A stretch of 64,000 nucleotides of DNA from the NCBI GenBank assembly GCA_964016885.1, contig OZ024747.1:63550001-63614000 (forward strand), written 5' to 3'. Shown here in pieces: positions 35,796 through 48,511 of this stretch. Below the pieces are notes generated by a model, which was given only the letters and a program-made list of their open reading frames with translations, was not told the origin of the DNA and made no database searches. The stretch comes from Eledone cirrhosa (taxonomy: Eukaryota). Made by a program: the position numbers and the translations under genes. The stretch's first letter is position 1, and every line of letters begins with the position of its first letter.

Positions 35796-38700
35796 AATAT
35801 TAATATTATTGCTGTTTTTGCTGTATTATTTCGGATATTTACCACGCTGTATTCTAATCTATCGGTTATTTAAGTTTGTTAGCCTTGACGGCGACCCTCA
35901 GTGCATACCTCACAATTTCCCTCCCACTCACCCCCTCACACGACCATAGACTATTCGACCAATCAAACCTCACCGTGCCATTTCTACTGTTGTTACTACT
36001 ACTTCTACTACTACCTAACTAACTCTCTCCTCCCCTGTCGCAGCCCAACATACCCTGCCATTATCCCACCACCACTGTTCTTCTAGCCCTCAATTTTCCC
36101 ACCATTATGGATGGATGAGCTGAGAATAAATTTGAGCAACTCTGAATCAATAGATGAAATATGAATCTGCGAGCTACCAAGCACCCATGTGAAGCGCCAA
36201 CCCAGAAACCCTTCCCTACGAGTGTCGACAAATGCCCAAAACTCCGAGTTGGTACCATCAATGTAGGCTCAATGAAAGGAAGAGCAGGAGAAATCGTAGA
36301 AATGCTAGAGCAAAAGGAAATTGATGTAGGCTGTGTGCAAGAGACTAGATGGAGAGGAGAGTCTGCCAGAGTCCTGGTAGGAAAAAGTCGGTGCTACAAA
36401 TTTTTCTGGGTGGGAAATGACGATGGGATGGGTGGTGTAGGTATACTACTAGCTGACAAGTGGGTAGATAAAGTAATCTCAGTGTACAGGGTAAATGCAA
36501 GAATCATTAAACTCAGACTAGTCCTGAATAAAACAATTACCACATTAATATCAGCTTACGCACCCCAATCGGGGCTGCCAGACGAACTTAAGGATAGGTT
36601 TTACGAGTCCCTAATGCACACTACTGCTCTAACAGACGACAATGACTTCCTAATCATCGCAGGAGATTTTAACGGACACGTAGATAAACACTGCGACGGC
36701 TTCAATAGAGTACATGGAGGCCATGGAGTTGGCACAAGAAATGAGGAAGGATTCAGACTTCTAGAATTCTGCGACGCCAATGACATGTCGATATGTAACA
36801 CAAACTTTAAAAAACCCGACAACCACCTGATCACCTATAGATCAGGGGAGCACTCCAGTCAGATAGATTTTATCCTTATCAGAGGACGTGACAGATAGAC
36901 GGTTGTAAACACAAAAGCCTTCCCTAGTGAGGAATGTACATCCCAACATAGCTTAGTTGTCAGCAACCTCACGGTCAGAACTAGACGAACCTGGAAACAG
37001 AGGCCAACCTGGAGAAGAAAGATCTGGAAGCTGAAAGCCCCCTCAACCAGTAACAGATTTAAAGATATTTTACTCAACGCCTACGACAGTAAAGAAGAAC
37101 AGATACAGACATTTATTGTAGAAGAGAACTGGGAGTTCCTAAAAAATAATATACTAGAGGTGACAGATGAGGTCTGTGGCTGGAGTAAGACCTTAAGCAG
37201 GAGGAGAGTGCCTTGGTGGTGGAACAATAAGGTAGATGAAGCAGTTAAGGCCAAGAGACAGGTATGGAGAGAATGGAAGAACGGGGGGAGCAGGGTACAT
37301 TACATAGAGACCAAGAGGGAAGCTAGGCGACAAGTATACTTAGCTAGGAGGGAAGCAGAGGATAGAAAATTCAAGCATGTTTTGCAACATGAGGACCAGA
37401 AACAGGAGGTATTCAAGATTGCGAGGCAGTGTGTCAGAGATAGTTGTGATGTCATTGGAGAGAAGTGTATCCGGAATGATACAGGTGAGCTTGCCCTCAC
37501 AAGTGCTGAGAAGAAAGATGCATGGAAGAGTCATTATGATAGATTACTAAATGAGGAGAAATCATGGGAAGAAGAGACCCTACCCCAAGTAGACCCTATA
37601 GAGGGGCCAGCAGTACAAGTCAGCAGCAATGTAGTAAGTAAGGCAATCAAAGATATGAAGATGGGGAAGGCAACCGGTCCATCGGGTATAGCTGCCGAGA
37701 TGCTGAAGGCATCTGGGTCTGTAGGTCACACTATAACCACACGTATTGTTAACCAGGTAATACTAGAAGGTGTCATACCAAAAGATTGGTGCAGTAGCAT
37801 CATTGTCAACTGCTACAAAGGTAAAGGCGATGCACTAGATAGAGGAAACTATAGAGGTATAAAGTTGATGGACCAGGTCATGAAAGTAACAGAAAGAGTT
37901 ATAGCACAGTTGATTAGGGACCGGGTGAAAATAGACGAGATGCAATTTGGGTTTGTACCAGGAAGAGGCACCACTGATGCCCTCTTCCTTGTGAGACAAT
38001 TACAGGAAAATTACCTAGCTAAAAGTAAGCCACTCTACTTGGCATTTGTCGACCTTGAGAAAGCCTTTGACAGAGTTCCAGGTGCTGTAATCTGGTGGGC
38101 TCTTAGAAAACTAGGAGTAGATGAATGGCTTGTGAAAGCGGTACAAGCCATGTATAGGGAAGCAGTCAGCAAAGTTAGGATTAGCAATGAGTATAGCGAG
38201 GAATTTAGCGTACAGGTTGGGGTCCATCAGGGCTCTGTTCTTAGCCCTCTCCTGTTCATTATAGTCCTGCAGGCAATAACGGAGGAGTTTAAGACCAGAT
38301 GCCCATGGGAACTCCTGTATGCTGATGACCTCGCACTCATAGCTGAATCTATGGTAGAACTAGAGAATAAATTCCAAACTTGGAAGCAGGGACTAGAAAG
38401 AAAGGGTCTCAAAGTCAACATGACAAAGACTAAGGTCATTATAATTAGACGAGAAAACAGAACCCAGATCCCCTCAGGGAAATGGCCTTGCTCATTATGT
38501 AGGAAAGGTGTAGGTAGAAACTCCATTCTCTGCCCCAAATGCAAACAATGGGTACACAAGAGATGTAGCGGGTTCTCAGGAAGCTTAATTACGAATGTAG
38601 GCTTCACATGCAGCAGCTGTGCTGAGACAGCAAGCAGCAAACAGCCACATGAAACAAGTACCACCAATCTCTGGGAGGGATCTGTAGAAACAGTAGACAG

Positions 38701-39590
38701 CTTCTGCTAGCTAGGTGATCGAATTAGCAGCGGAGGTTGGTGTTCAGAAAGTACAATAACTAGGGTAAGAACGGGATGGAAGAAGTTTAGGGAACTACTG
38801 CCACTGCTAGCTGCAAAAGGCTTCTCCCTCAGAATGAAAGGCAGACTGTATGTATGATGCGTGTATCCGAACAGCAATGTTGCATGGTAGTGAGACCTGG
38901 GCGCTGAAGGTGGAAGACTTACGTAGATTAGAGAGAAACGAAGCCTGCACGCTCCGATGGATGTGTAACAGTAATATACGTGAACGACAAAGCATAAATG
39001 AATTGAGAGAGAGACTGAGCATAAGAAGAATCAAATGCTGTGTGCAGGAGAGGCTTTTGCGCTGGTATGGACATGTGATGCGTATGAAGGATGACAGCTG
39101 CATAAAAAGGTGCAGAGCACTAGAAGTTGATGGATACCGCGGAGTGGGGAGACCCAAGATGACCTGGGATGAGGTGATAAAAGCCGACCTTACCCAAGTA
39201 CATCTCTCAAAGGCAATGACACACGACCGTGACCTCTGGCGTCACGCAGTAATACAGAGTACCCGACCTCCCATGGGTACAAGCTGAAGCATATAGACAA
39301 TATGCCCCCACAGCCCACACTGCAAGGTGGTCGTGGAGGTGCCACGGCAAAAAAGCACCCAGCCCATACTGTAAAGTGGACGTGTAGGCACCACGAAAAA
39401 GCACCCAGCACTCACTGTAAATGAGGTTGGTGTTAGGAAGGGCATCCAGCTGTAGAAATCAAGCCAAATCAGTTCCTGTATGAGCAAGGCATGGTCAGCC
39501 GACCAGACACTGCCCACAACAGGACAACCCGTCTAACCCATGCTAGCGTGGAAGAACGGACGTAAAACGGTGATGCTGATGATGATGATG
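35790..39590 (+). mobile_element. Near full-length RTE-clade LINE (about 3.8 kb)
   Basis: 5' UTR following (TA)n, a single APE-RT frame, and a 3' UTR ending ggacgtaaaacggtgatgctgatgatgatg. Confidence 0.97.
36161..39287 (+). pseudogene. RTE ORF: AP endonuclease, reverse transcriptase and Cys/His finger, with three lesions
   Basis: APE motifs CVQETRW, SAYAPQ, AGDFNGH and IDFIL. RT motifs FVDLEKAFDRV, GVHQGSVLSP and LYADD. TAG at 36896-36898 (TGG in the paralog at about 51120), TAG at 38708-38710 (TAC in paralogs) and a 4-bp gtat duplication at about 38850. Confidence 0.95.
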
Positions 39591-40463
39591 CCAGCATGGA
39601 AAAATGGACGTTAAATGGTGATGATGATGATGATGATGATATATACTTATTTTCCATGGATGCTGAAAGTTCTGAGATATCCAAAGGGGACTTTTGCTTG
39701 ACATTTACAGGTTTACAGAAAATCCATATTTCCTCTTAATATTTCTAAAAAAAATACCTTTCTTACTGTGAGATATGTTTCAAGGCTGTCCTGTCTTTCT
39801 ATCACCAATATTATTATCATTCAATCAGTATGCTTTTTCTTCTTCTCTTCCCACTGACACTGCTCATTTCTAATGCAAACGTAATGCAGACTCTTCACTT
39901 AACAACTAGCTTCTGTTCTGTTGACCTGCTTTGGTCATAAAGTGAATTGTTTGGTAAACAAACTCCTTGCTGAATGATCATGTTCTATTTCAATCACTTG
40001 GTTATTAAAATATCTTTAAATATTGTTTTAATTTCATACAACATATGATAGAATCCTTGAAGTTACCATGTATTAGTTTTATATTAAATGAATTATCACA
40101 CAATTGTAGGAATCTCAATCATGGAAGTAGCTGTGAAAATAACCAGCAGCTAAAAATATAACCTCATAAGATTGGAAGAGCGATCAGAAAAGGAGGGGGA
40201 GAGGGAGAGAATGAATTATCTGACTAAAGAAATTCATAAATTTCTAATGGAAACAATATCTTAGTAACTGTAAATTTGTTTCATTTTGCAAATCCCTTTC
40301 AAACATTAAAAAAATATATTTCAAAACATAAAATAATGATTTCTTGGATAAAGATCAGAGAAATACTTGACATACAAAATTATATGAAAGTAATCAAAAA
40401 TGTCCAAAACACAATTATGTCAACACAAAATATTAAGGGATCGGTTATAAGTGTGAGCAGTCA

Positions 40464-40665
40464 TTAACCCTTTAGCATTTACATTATTCTATATTTACTA
40501 TTGTATTTTCATGGTAAATAATATCGGATCTATGAGGTTTTGATATTATTTATTTTGAGAACAATACATTAACATCAGTATGAGTGACCAGTTACAGTCA
40601 GTTTAAAGAGAAAGAGGTGAGAGAATTCTGGCCACATATGACCGGTATAAATGCTAAAAGGTTAA
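40464..40665. mobile_element. TTAA-flanked (piggyBac-like) MITE, uninterrupted copy
   Basis: ttaaccctttagcattta ... taaatgctaaaaggttaa terminal inverted repeats including TTAA. Confidence 0.8.
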
Positions 40666-41201
40666 ACCAAATCATCAAATTGTTGTAAAGTGAGGAGTGT
40701 TTGTAGGTTGATTTTTCTGGCTGTTTATTTCACAGTGAATCAGTAAAGTTGTTAGATCGTTGGGGGTTTCCTGCAGCTCTCTGTATTGCATTCTGTGCTC
40801 TACATTCATTTTCAGCTATGGTCATCTTTCTTTTCATCCATTTAGCTTTGATAAATACATTACCAGTCTAGTGTAGTGCAGGGGGTTATTTGGATTGTTA
40901 CAGAGACAAACAGGTTCCTTTGTGGAATTTGATCTATCTTTGTGTTCAGAGTTCAAATGTCACCTCCTACTGCCAGAAGATGTGACCAGCAGTAAATATT
41001 AACAATGGAAAGATCTATGAAAACCTAACTTATTTAGTCTGATCTATCGTTCAGCCCCAGTCTGTTTTCTGTTTTATTTTGTTTTTTATTTCACTTTTTC
41101 CTAAGAAAGAAATATGTCACTTCAGTTATTTTGCAAAGCCATTACTATATCATCATCATCATCATCATTTTACATCTGCTGCTGATGATGATGATATAGT
41201 A

Positions 41202-41234
<33 letters not shown>

Positions 41235-41581
41235 TATATATATACACACACACATATATATATATATATACATACATACATCAGTTGTCATGTTGCTGTG
41301 CAATATATGATATGATAGCAGCTATTATGTCAAAGAAGCAAGTCAGTAGAGATCAAAGTATACATGAGATTTTATAGTTTACTTCGGTATAAATAGATTT
41401 CAGTGGGCATTCACTAAAGTTATCGTTCCCTTTTGTTGGAGCTGTATTGATTGAAGGTTTTATAAAGGAATTATTCTATATATATATATATATATAAATA
41501 TATACATATATATATATATATGTATAGAGAGAGAGATTGGCAGACATGTGTGTTTATATATGATTATATATCTATTTATCA

Positions 41582-41652
<71 letters not shown>

Positions 41653-42771
41653 TCATCATCACTGTAGAGATATACTTGCTTGGCAAGAGACTTGATCTAA
41701 GACTGTGTGGAGAATATAACAATTACATCGTTTTGGCCATTCAAAACAGTACAAAAACTTTTCTTTACTTTGCATTTATTATTTATTTCTTGGTGTCAAA
41801 ACTTCTCACATACAGTTAGCAACATAGTTCCACAGTGCAATGAAAATTTGACACCAAAATATATGATAAAAGTAAAATTGAATTTAATTTTTGGTAAGCT
41901 TTTGAATAGTTAAAATGAGTTTTTCACCATGTTTTCTACATATTCTTTCTATGATGTAGCAGATATGTTAGAACATGACAAAATATTTTGGAGTATTTCA
42001 TCTGTTGCTCTTCACTCAGATATCAAATCTCAACTTTAGCTTTCATCCATTCAAGATTGATAAAATAAAGTACCAATCTAGAAACAGGGAATTGGCAGAA
42101 TATCGTGTAAGATTCTTTGTGATATTTCTTCCAGTTATTAGCATTGTGTGTTTAAATCCTGCTATGGCCTACTTGGTTGGAAGACCTTGTAGAGACATGA
42201 ATGGAATTACTTTACATTTTGTCTAATATCAATGGTGTAGTAATACAATAAACTTCATTTCTCTTTTGGCCACTTGACTGACTAATTAGCTGAAGTGTAT
42301 GTAAAGTGGGATTGATTGATTCACCAGGAAAGGTGGTCAATTGTTAGGCATATCTTTAACAAAGGTATATCTGCTTCCATCTCTCTCGCTCATCTCATCT
42401 CTCATGTCACTTATCTGTCAATAGATGTATATATTCCCTCTCATTCTCTGTTGTGTTTAGTCGTATAGATTGCTGTCCATAATATAAAATACTTATTACA
42501 TACAACTGTCTTGATCATCATTACAAAACAATACAGACCTAATCTGAGTGAAAAGTATGTGGGTATATATATATATACCATCTAACCCATGCTAGCGTGG
42601 AAGATGGACGTTAAATGATGATGATGATATATATATATATATATATATTCTGACCACATGTGGTCAGGTGGTCAGAATGTCCAAGGAAAGAATTCCTGGA
42701 CAGATTTAATTGGTGAAATCAATCAGCAGGAAACACCATGAACTTCCCAGAAATAAATGGGCAAAGAAGAA

Positions 42772-42836
<65 letters not shown>

Positions 42837-42844
42837 ACACATAT

Positions 42845-43176
42845 AAACGGCCGAGCATGGATGTGTTGAGAGAGAAACTGTGTCTGAGAGGGATAAATTG
42901 TTGTGTGCGGGAGAGGAGACTGCGATGGTATGGACATGTGATGCGCATGGAGGATGACCGATGGGTGAAGAAGTGCCAAGAAATGCCAGTTGAAGGAAGA
43001 CGTAGTAGAGGAAGACCACTAAAAGCATGGGCGGAGGTGGTGAGAGCAGACCCCAGATCGCTGAAACTCACGGTGGAGATGACGAAGGACCATGACAAGG
43101 GGAGAGATGCTGTGCTGAATAGGATCCGTCCCACCCTTGCAAGCAGGGAAAAGCAGACGTAAAATGATGATGATGA
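42845..43176 (+). mobile_element. 3' fragment of a second RTE family (source of the type 2 tail)
   Basis: RPSMDVLREKLCLRGINCCVRERRLRWYGHVMRMEDDRWVKKC...RGRPLKAW, ending cgtcccacccttgcaagcagggaaaagcagacgtaaaatgatgatg. Confidence 0.9.
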
Positions 43177-45044
43177 TTATATACATTTATTAGATATATC
43201 TATAAAATATCTTTAGCTATATAATTATGTCTGTGTGTCTTGTTTCTCATTAGGAAAATGTTTTCATGCTTTCATGGACACAATTATGTAACATAATTCT
43301 ATTTACATTTCTCTCCATCTTTCAATTTTTTTACTTTATCACAATGATTAGATTATCTATATAGACTTATATCATTCATTTGGAGAATATCGAAAAAGTA
43401 TATGTAAAAAAATATATATTTCCATTCAGTAATATGAAATATTATAAAAGTATTAAATTTCTTTTTTTTTTATTTCATATTATTTTAGTTATCGTTATTA
43501 ATATTTGTGTTGATTGTGATGACAATCTATTGTTGGCAATTGAGTGGCGACATTGTAGGCTGGAGAGGGCTCTTTTGCCTTGTTGAGAACATAATGATAT
43601 TTCTAATGCTGGTGTCATTATCAAATGCACCTAGTAAACTCTGTAATGTGGTTAGTGATTGAATAAAGGCTTGTTGAAATCTTAAAAACCTCTCAAGTGT
43701 GTTAGTGTGTGCCATGATAATATACACTCAGTGCACTTTATAAAGTGGTTGGTGATTGAATGGATCTGATGTAATGAAGCAAGAACACTTTTGTTTCGTT
43801 GAGAACATGACAATCTATTTAGTGTTATGACAAAATGTGCCCAGTATACATTCCAACTTATGGCAATGCCTACCCAACCAGACCAAAGACACTGTGTACT
43901 CAAGGTTTGTAATAAGGTAGTACTGGTGCCATGATAAGATACACCCAGCCATTCTGTAAAATGGTAGTGCTGGGGCTGTGATGAAAAACACCCAGTCCAC
44001 CTTGTAAAGATGTAGTGCTGGTGCCATGGCAAAAGCACTCTGTGTATCCTGTAAGGCGATAGTGCCTGAGACATGATAAACTATTTTAATTACATGCTGC
44101 AAAGGGGCTGGCATTAGGAAGCCAAAATGGAGTGTATGTGCAGGACGTGGTCACCTGAGCAGTCTGGTCTCAGCACAGGATAACACATCACACCCATTCA
44201 AGCATGAAAAATAGATGTTAAACAGTGATGATACACTCTAAAGTGGATGATGTTAGGAAGGACAGCGAGGGATAGAAACCCTGTCGAAATCAGAATGTAA
44301 ATATAAAATGTGGTTCCTCGAGCCTGTCTAGGAGAGCAATAACCAAATAAAAGCTGTGTTGGACTGTAATGACCTGACTAATCAATGTCTGAATGGAAGG
44401 ATGATGTTGAGGAGGTGGATGATGATGATAATTATCATGGTTTAATGCTTAATGTCCATTTCCCATACTAGCATAGGTTAGACAAATTATCTCATTGTGA
44501 AAAAATTCAGATCAGGTGACTGGCTTGCTCATACAGAATTATTTCTGGCTTGGTTTCTAGGGCTGGATGCCCTTCTTAATGTCACCCACATTTACAGCAT
44601 GAACTAGGGGCTTTTTATTGACACCAAAACAACCAACTGACAGGTTGTACTTGGTACTTTTTCATTGTTTCACCCAGCATGATCACATTACAGGGTGGAC
44701 TGGGTGCTTTTTGTCATGTAACCAACATCACCATCATACAGTGTGGGCTGGGTGCTTTTTATCGTGGCACCATCACAACCACCTTACAGTGTGGGCTAGG
44801 TGTTTTTTGTTGTGTCAAAAAGACAACCACTTTACAGTGTGGAATGAGTGCTTTTTGTCATGTCACCAACATGGCTACTTTAAAGGCTGGAGTGGGTATA
44901 GAGATGAATGTTATGTTTTCACCAGCTTCATATGAGATTCTACTGTTTCACCAGTGCATCCTTGACTTTCTGAGGTATCTGTAGCATCACCTTTTATTCC
45001 AGTTAGTGGTATAGAATGGTGTTTCTATGTATATGTTGCGTCTA

Positions 45045-45575
45045 AATTGTTTTGTTGTGAGGTTTGTTATATTTTGATGTTTGTTTTACTGTGATGTTTA
45101 TTTTGTTGTGAGGTTTATTTTGTTGTCAGGTTTGTTTTGTTTAAGGTTTGATTGTTGTGAGGTTTGTTTTACTGGGAGGTTTGTTTTGTTGCGAGGTGTT
45201 TTGTGATGTTTGTTTTGTTGTGAGGTCTGCTTTGTTATGAGGTTTGTTTTGTTATGAGGCCTGTTTTGTCGCGAGGTATGTTTTTTTGTGAGGTTTATAT
45301 TATTGTGAGGTTTGTTTTGTTTTGAGGTTTGTTTTATTGTGAGGTTTGTTTTATTGTGAGGTTGGTTTTGTTGTGAGCTTTGTTTTGTTGTGAAGTTTGT
45401 ATTGTTGTGAAGTTTTTTCATTGTGAGATTTGTTATATTTTGAGGTTTGTTTTATTGTGGGGTTTGTTTTGTTGTGAGGTGTGTTTATGAGGTTTGTTTT
45501 GTTGTAAGGTGTGTTTTGTTGTGAGGTTTGTTTTGTTTTGAGATTTGTTTTGTTGTGAGGTGTGGTTTGTTGTAA
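45045..45575. repeat. Degenerate minisatellite of about 17 bp (ttgttttgttgtgaggt)
   Basis: About 30 visible units that explain ORF 45098-45421. Confidence 0.9.
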
Positions 45576-45834
45576 TCTACTATTTTTATTATAATTACAA
45601 TTGTAACCATGTCTCTACATTTGTATCTAATCTCTAAAGCTTTAGATTTCGTTTCTATTTAATCCAAGCAGGAAAACTGATTGAAATGTTACAACGTTCA
45701 TACAAAATGTTCTGTTAATCAGATTTAAACACTTTCACAATTGTATTTCTAGATTGATTGTTGCAAAGAAATATTGCAAAATAAAATATAAGTTATCGGA
45801 ACAATCAATTGATATATATTCCATCTTACAAAAA

Positions 45835-45980
45835 GACAGAAAGAGATAGAGATAGATCGATAGATAGATAGATAAAGGGAGAGAGAGAGTGAGAGAGAGA
45901 GAAAGAGAGAGAGATAGAGAGGGAGAGAGAGAGTGAGAGAGAGAGAAAGAGAGAGAGAGATAGAGAGGGAGAGAGAGAGG

Positions 45981-46016
<36 letters not shown>
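45835..46016. repeat. (GA)n/(GATA)n microsatellite
   Basis: Directly visible. Confidence 0.95.
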
Positions 46017-46018
<2 letters not shown>

Positions 46019-46589
46019 CAAACATAAAGAACAATAGATATTTTATACAAGAATTGAAGTACAAATGACAAATGTTAAAAGAAGTAGAATTTTAATGTCT
46101 GTCTAAATTTGTACTTTTATAGCTTGTCTGATAGCTCTGATAGCTGTTTGATGTTATTCCAAATGACACTGATTGAATAACAATAAGGAAAAAGAAGACT
46201 TCACTTTATGAAATAGCAATTCAAAGTAATTCTTTCATATGTCCAACAAAGGTTAAACTGAATTCTATTAAAATACTTTCATTTTTTTTCTTTTTTCCTC
46301 TCTGATGGAAATCTGTACACAACAAAGATGAAGTAAAGAAAGAATTTGAAAAAGAATAAAAACTACTCTCACCTAACAAATGAAATCAATATCATTTAGC
46401 TATAAAATAGAGATTTACATTTCAACTTTAGTAATTTATTTCTCATTCGGGAAGATTTAAACACGAAAATATTTATTAATTTCCACATGTCGATTTTGTC
46501 AGCTTTAATACAGATTCTAATACTTTTACTTTTCCCTGCTTTATAACCCAGCAGAGCAGAGGTGTGTCACCCTAGTGTTTTAGATATAC

Positions 46590-47372
46590 ATTCTATGAAT
46601 TGTAGTGTATGAGTCGACATTTTAAGCTGTAAAAAATTTCTCCAAAGCTTAGCATCAACTCATAGGATGAAGATGCAATGCAAATCTTTATGGCCATGTA
46701 ATAAACAAGTTTCATAGTAGGTTGTATGTAGTTGGTGCTGGTAGCTGAGTTGAGCATTTCTATAATGTTGAGCCATTGAGACACTAATACAAATACAGCA
46801 TTTATGTATTGAATATTACAACATTTTAAACTTAAACACTAAAGACCATGTTCATCCATTCTACACCTCTACAGCAGTGGAGAAATATGTAACAAAAAAA
46901 AAAACAACTGATGGTAAAATGGGGTGGGGAGTCAACTTATATTCAAGGTTAATATTTTGCCGACTTTCAACAACTTCAAAATTCCATATAAATGAGGTGC
47001 TAAAATATTTACACTTTGGAGGTGAATAGTACATTGGTTTCACTTTCAACATGAAATTCATATTTCCTATTGTTTTAGTTATGTTTTGAATGAACATGGC
47101 CTTCAAAACAGTTGGAAATTGGTAAAATATAATTACTTAATGGAGTTGTGAAACAAAAACTATTCTCTAAACAATACGCAAAACATTTTAAATATCAAAA
47201 TAGGAATACATCATAAATATATTCTCTACTCATGAGAATTCTAAAATTGCACCATCTAAACATTATGTGTTGATTACCTGTCTTGGCTTATAAATGGGAT
47301 TTGGATTTTTGCCTGTTTCTCACACATAAAATAGGGGGAGTGGGGTTGACTTATATTTGAGTATATATGGTA
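46590..47372. mobile_element. Possible Tc1/mariner-superfamily relic
   Basis: The right end gttgacttatatttgagtatatatggta is complementary to a decayed left-end gtgtatgagtcgac motif, and a subterminal copy gtcaacttatattcaag lies at about 46930. Confidence 0.4.
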
Positions 47373-47766
47373 ATTTTGTTAGGAGAGAATTGAACCTACA
47401 CACACATACATATATATGTTTAAAAAAAGGAACGAGGTGCTCATGTGCTGAGATGCTATAAAAGGACTTATAAAATAGGATGATAACACCTAAAAGATGA
47501 AAGCTGTTTTTCAGCTATCCATTTAAAAAGATGATAGAGAGTTGTCACAGCCCCTTAGTTTAAGGGTTAAAAGTGCCTACTATCTGGGACATATGGGGTT
47601 CAATTCCTCTTAACAGTGAATGGTAACTTCTTTTACCTTCTTTTAAGGTAAAGTTGATAAGCTATTTATAGCACCACTGCAAATGAGTACATCACTCTTT
47701 GTATTAACTTTTCAGCACAAGTTCAAGAGATCAGCCCCGTATATTCTTTTTTATGTGTGTGTGTTT

Positions 47767-47797
<31 letters not shown>

Positions 47798-48339
47798 GTT
47801 ACTTTTACTGTTTGTTTATATTCCATAATTTAATGAGTCAACAAATATAGATTGGTAAAATATATATCTGGCTTGAATAGATATGTATTGGTGTTGTTAT
47901 GACTAACAAAATACCTTGAAGTATGTGCTCAGCCATCACCACAGTCTAATGAATAAATTGTTTATGTTCAAACAGGAACATTTTATTTATTTATGAAAAG
48001 AAATAAACAATATAATTGTATTTGAATATTGACATGTGACTCATCTTTATGCCTGATGCAAAAGGGTTTTATTTCATGGTATATTACTACAAACAATTGG
48101 AGTCTTATTTGATATATATATATATATATTTATAGTAATAATAATAAATTTGAAGACTAGCGAACGTTTCCACAAACAAAAGTATCGTCTTCCTGTCTTC
48201 CTCCGGTTGCAACGTTTTTTGAAATATCCAGTTCTGCGTTTACAGATTGACTTTGTTAGTTTCAGAAGATCCCGTTAAGGGTGAAAGCAGCGATTCTTTG
48301 CTTAAACTTTAATCTGTTATTTTAATAAATATATATATA

Positions 48340-48417
<78 letters not shown>

Positions 48418-48511
48418 GTTATGCAAGAAATGCTTAGGATAATGCTGAATGCAGTAATGGTTAATTACTACACTAGATGGAGCCGACGTATAGTGAGGGG
48501 TTACATATATA

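Noticed and set aside
48265-48300. Hammerhead-like cagaaga-tcccgttaagggt-gaaa
   Set aside because: All three copies (10070, 10480, 48265) have (c/t)AGAAGA rather than CUGA, and there is no stem I or UH pairing.
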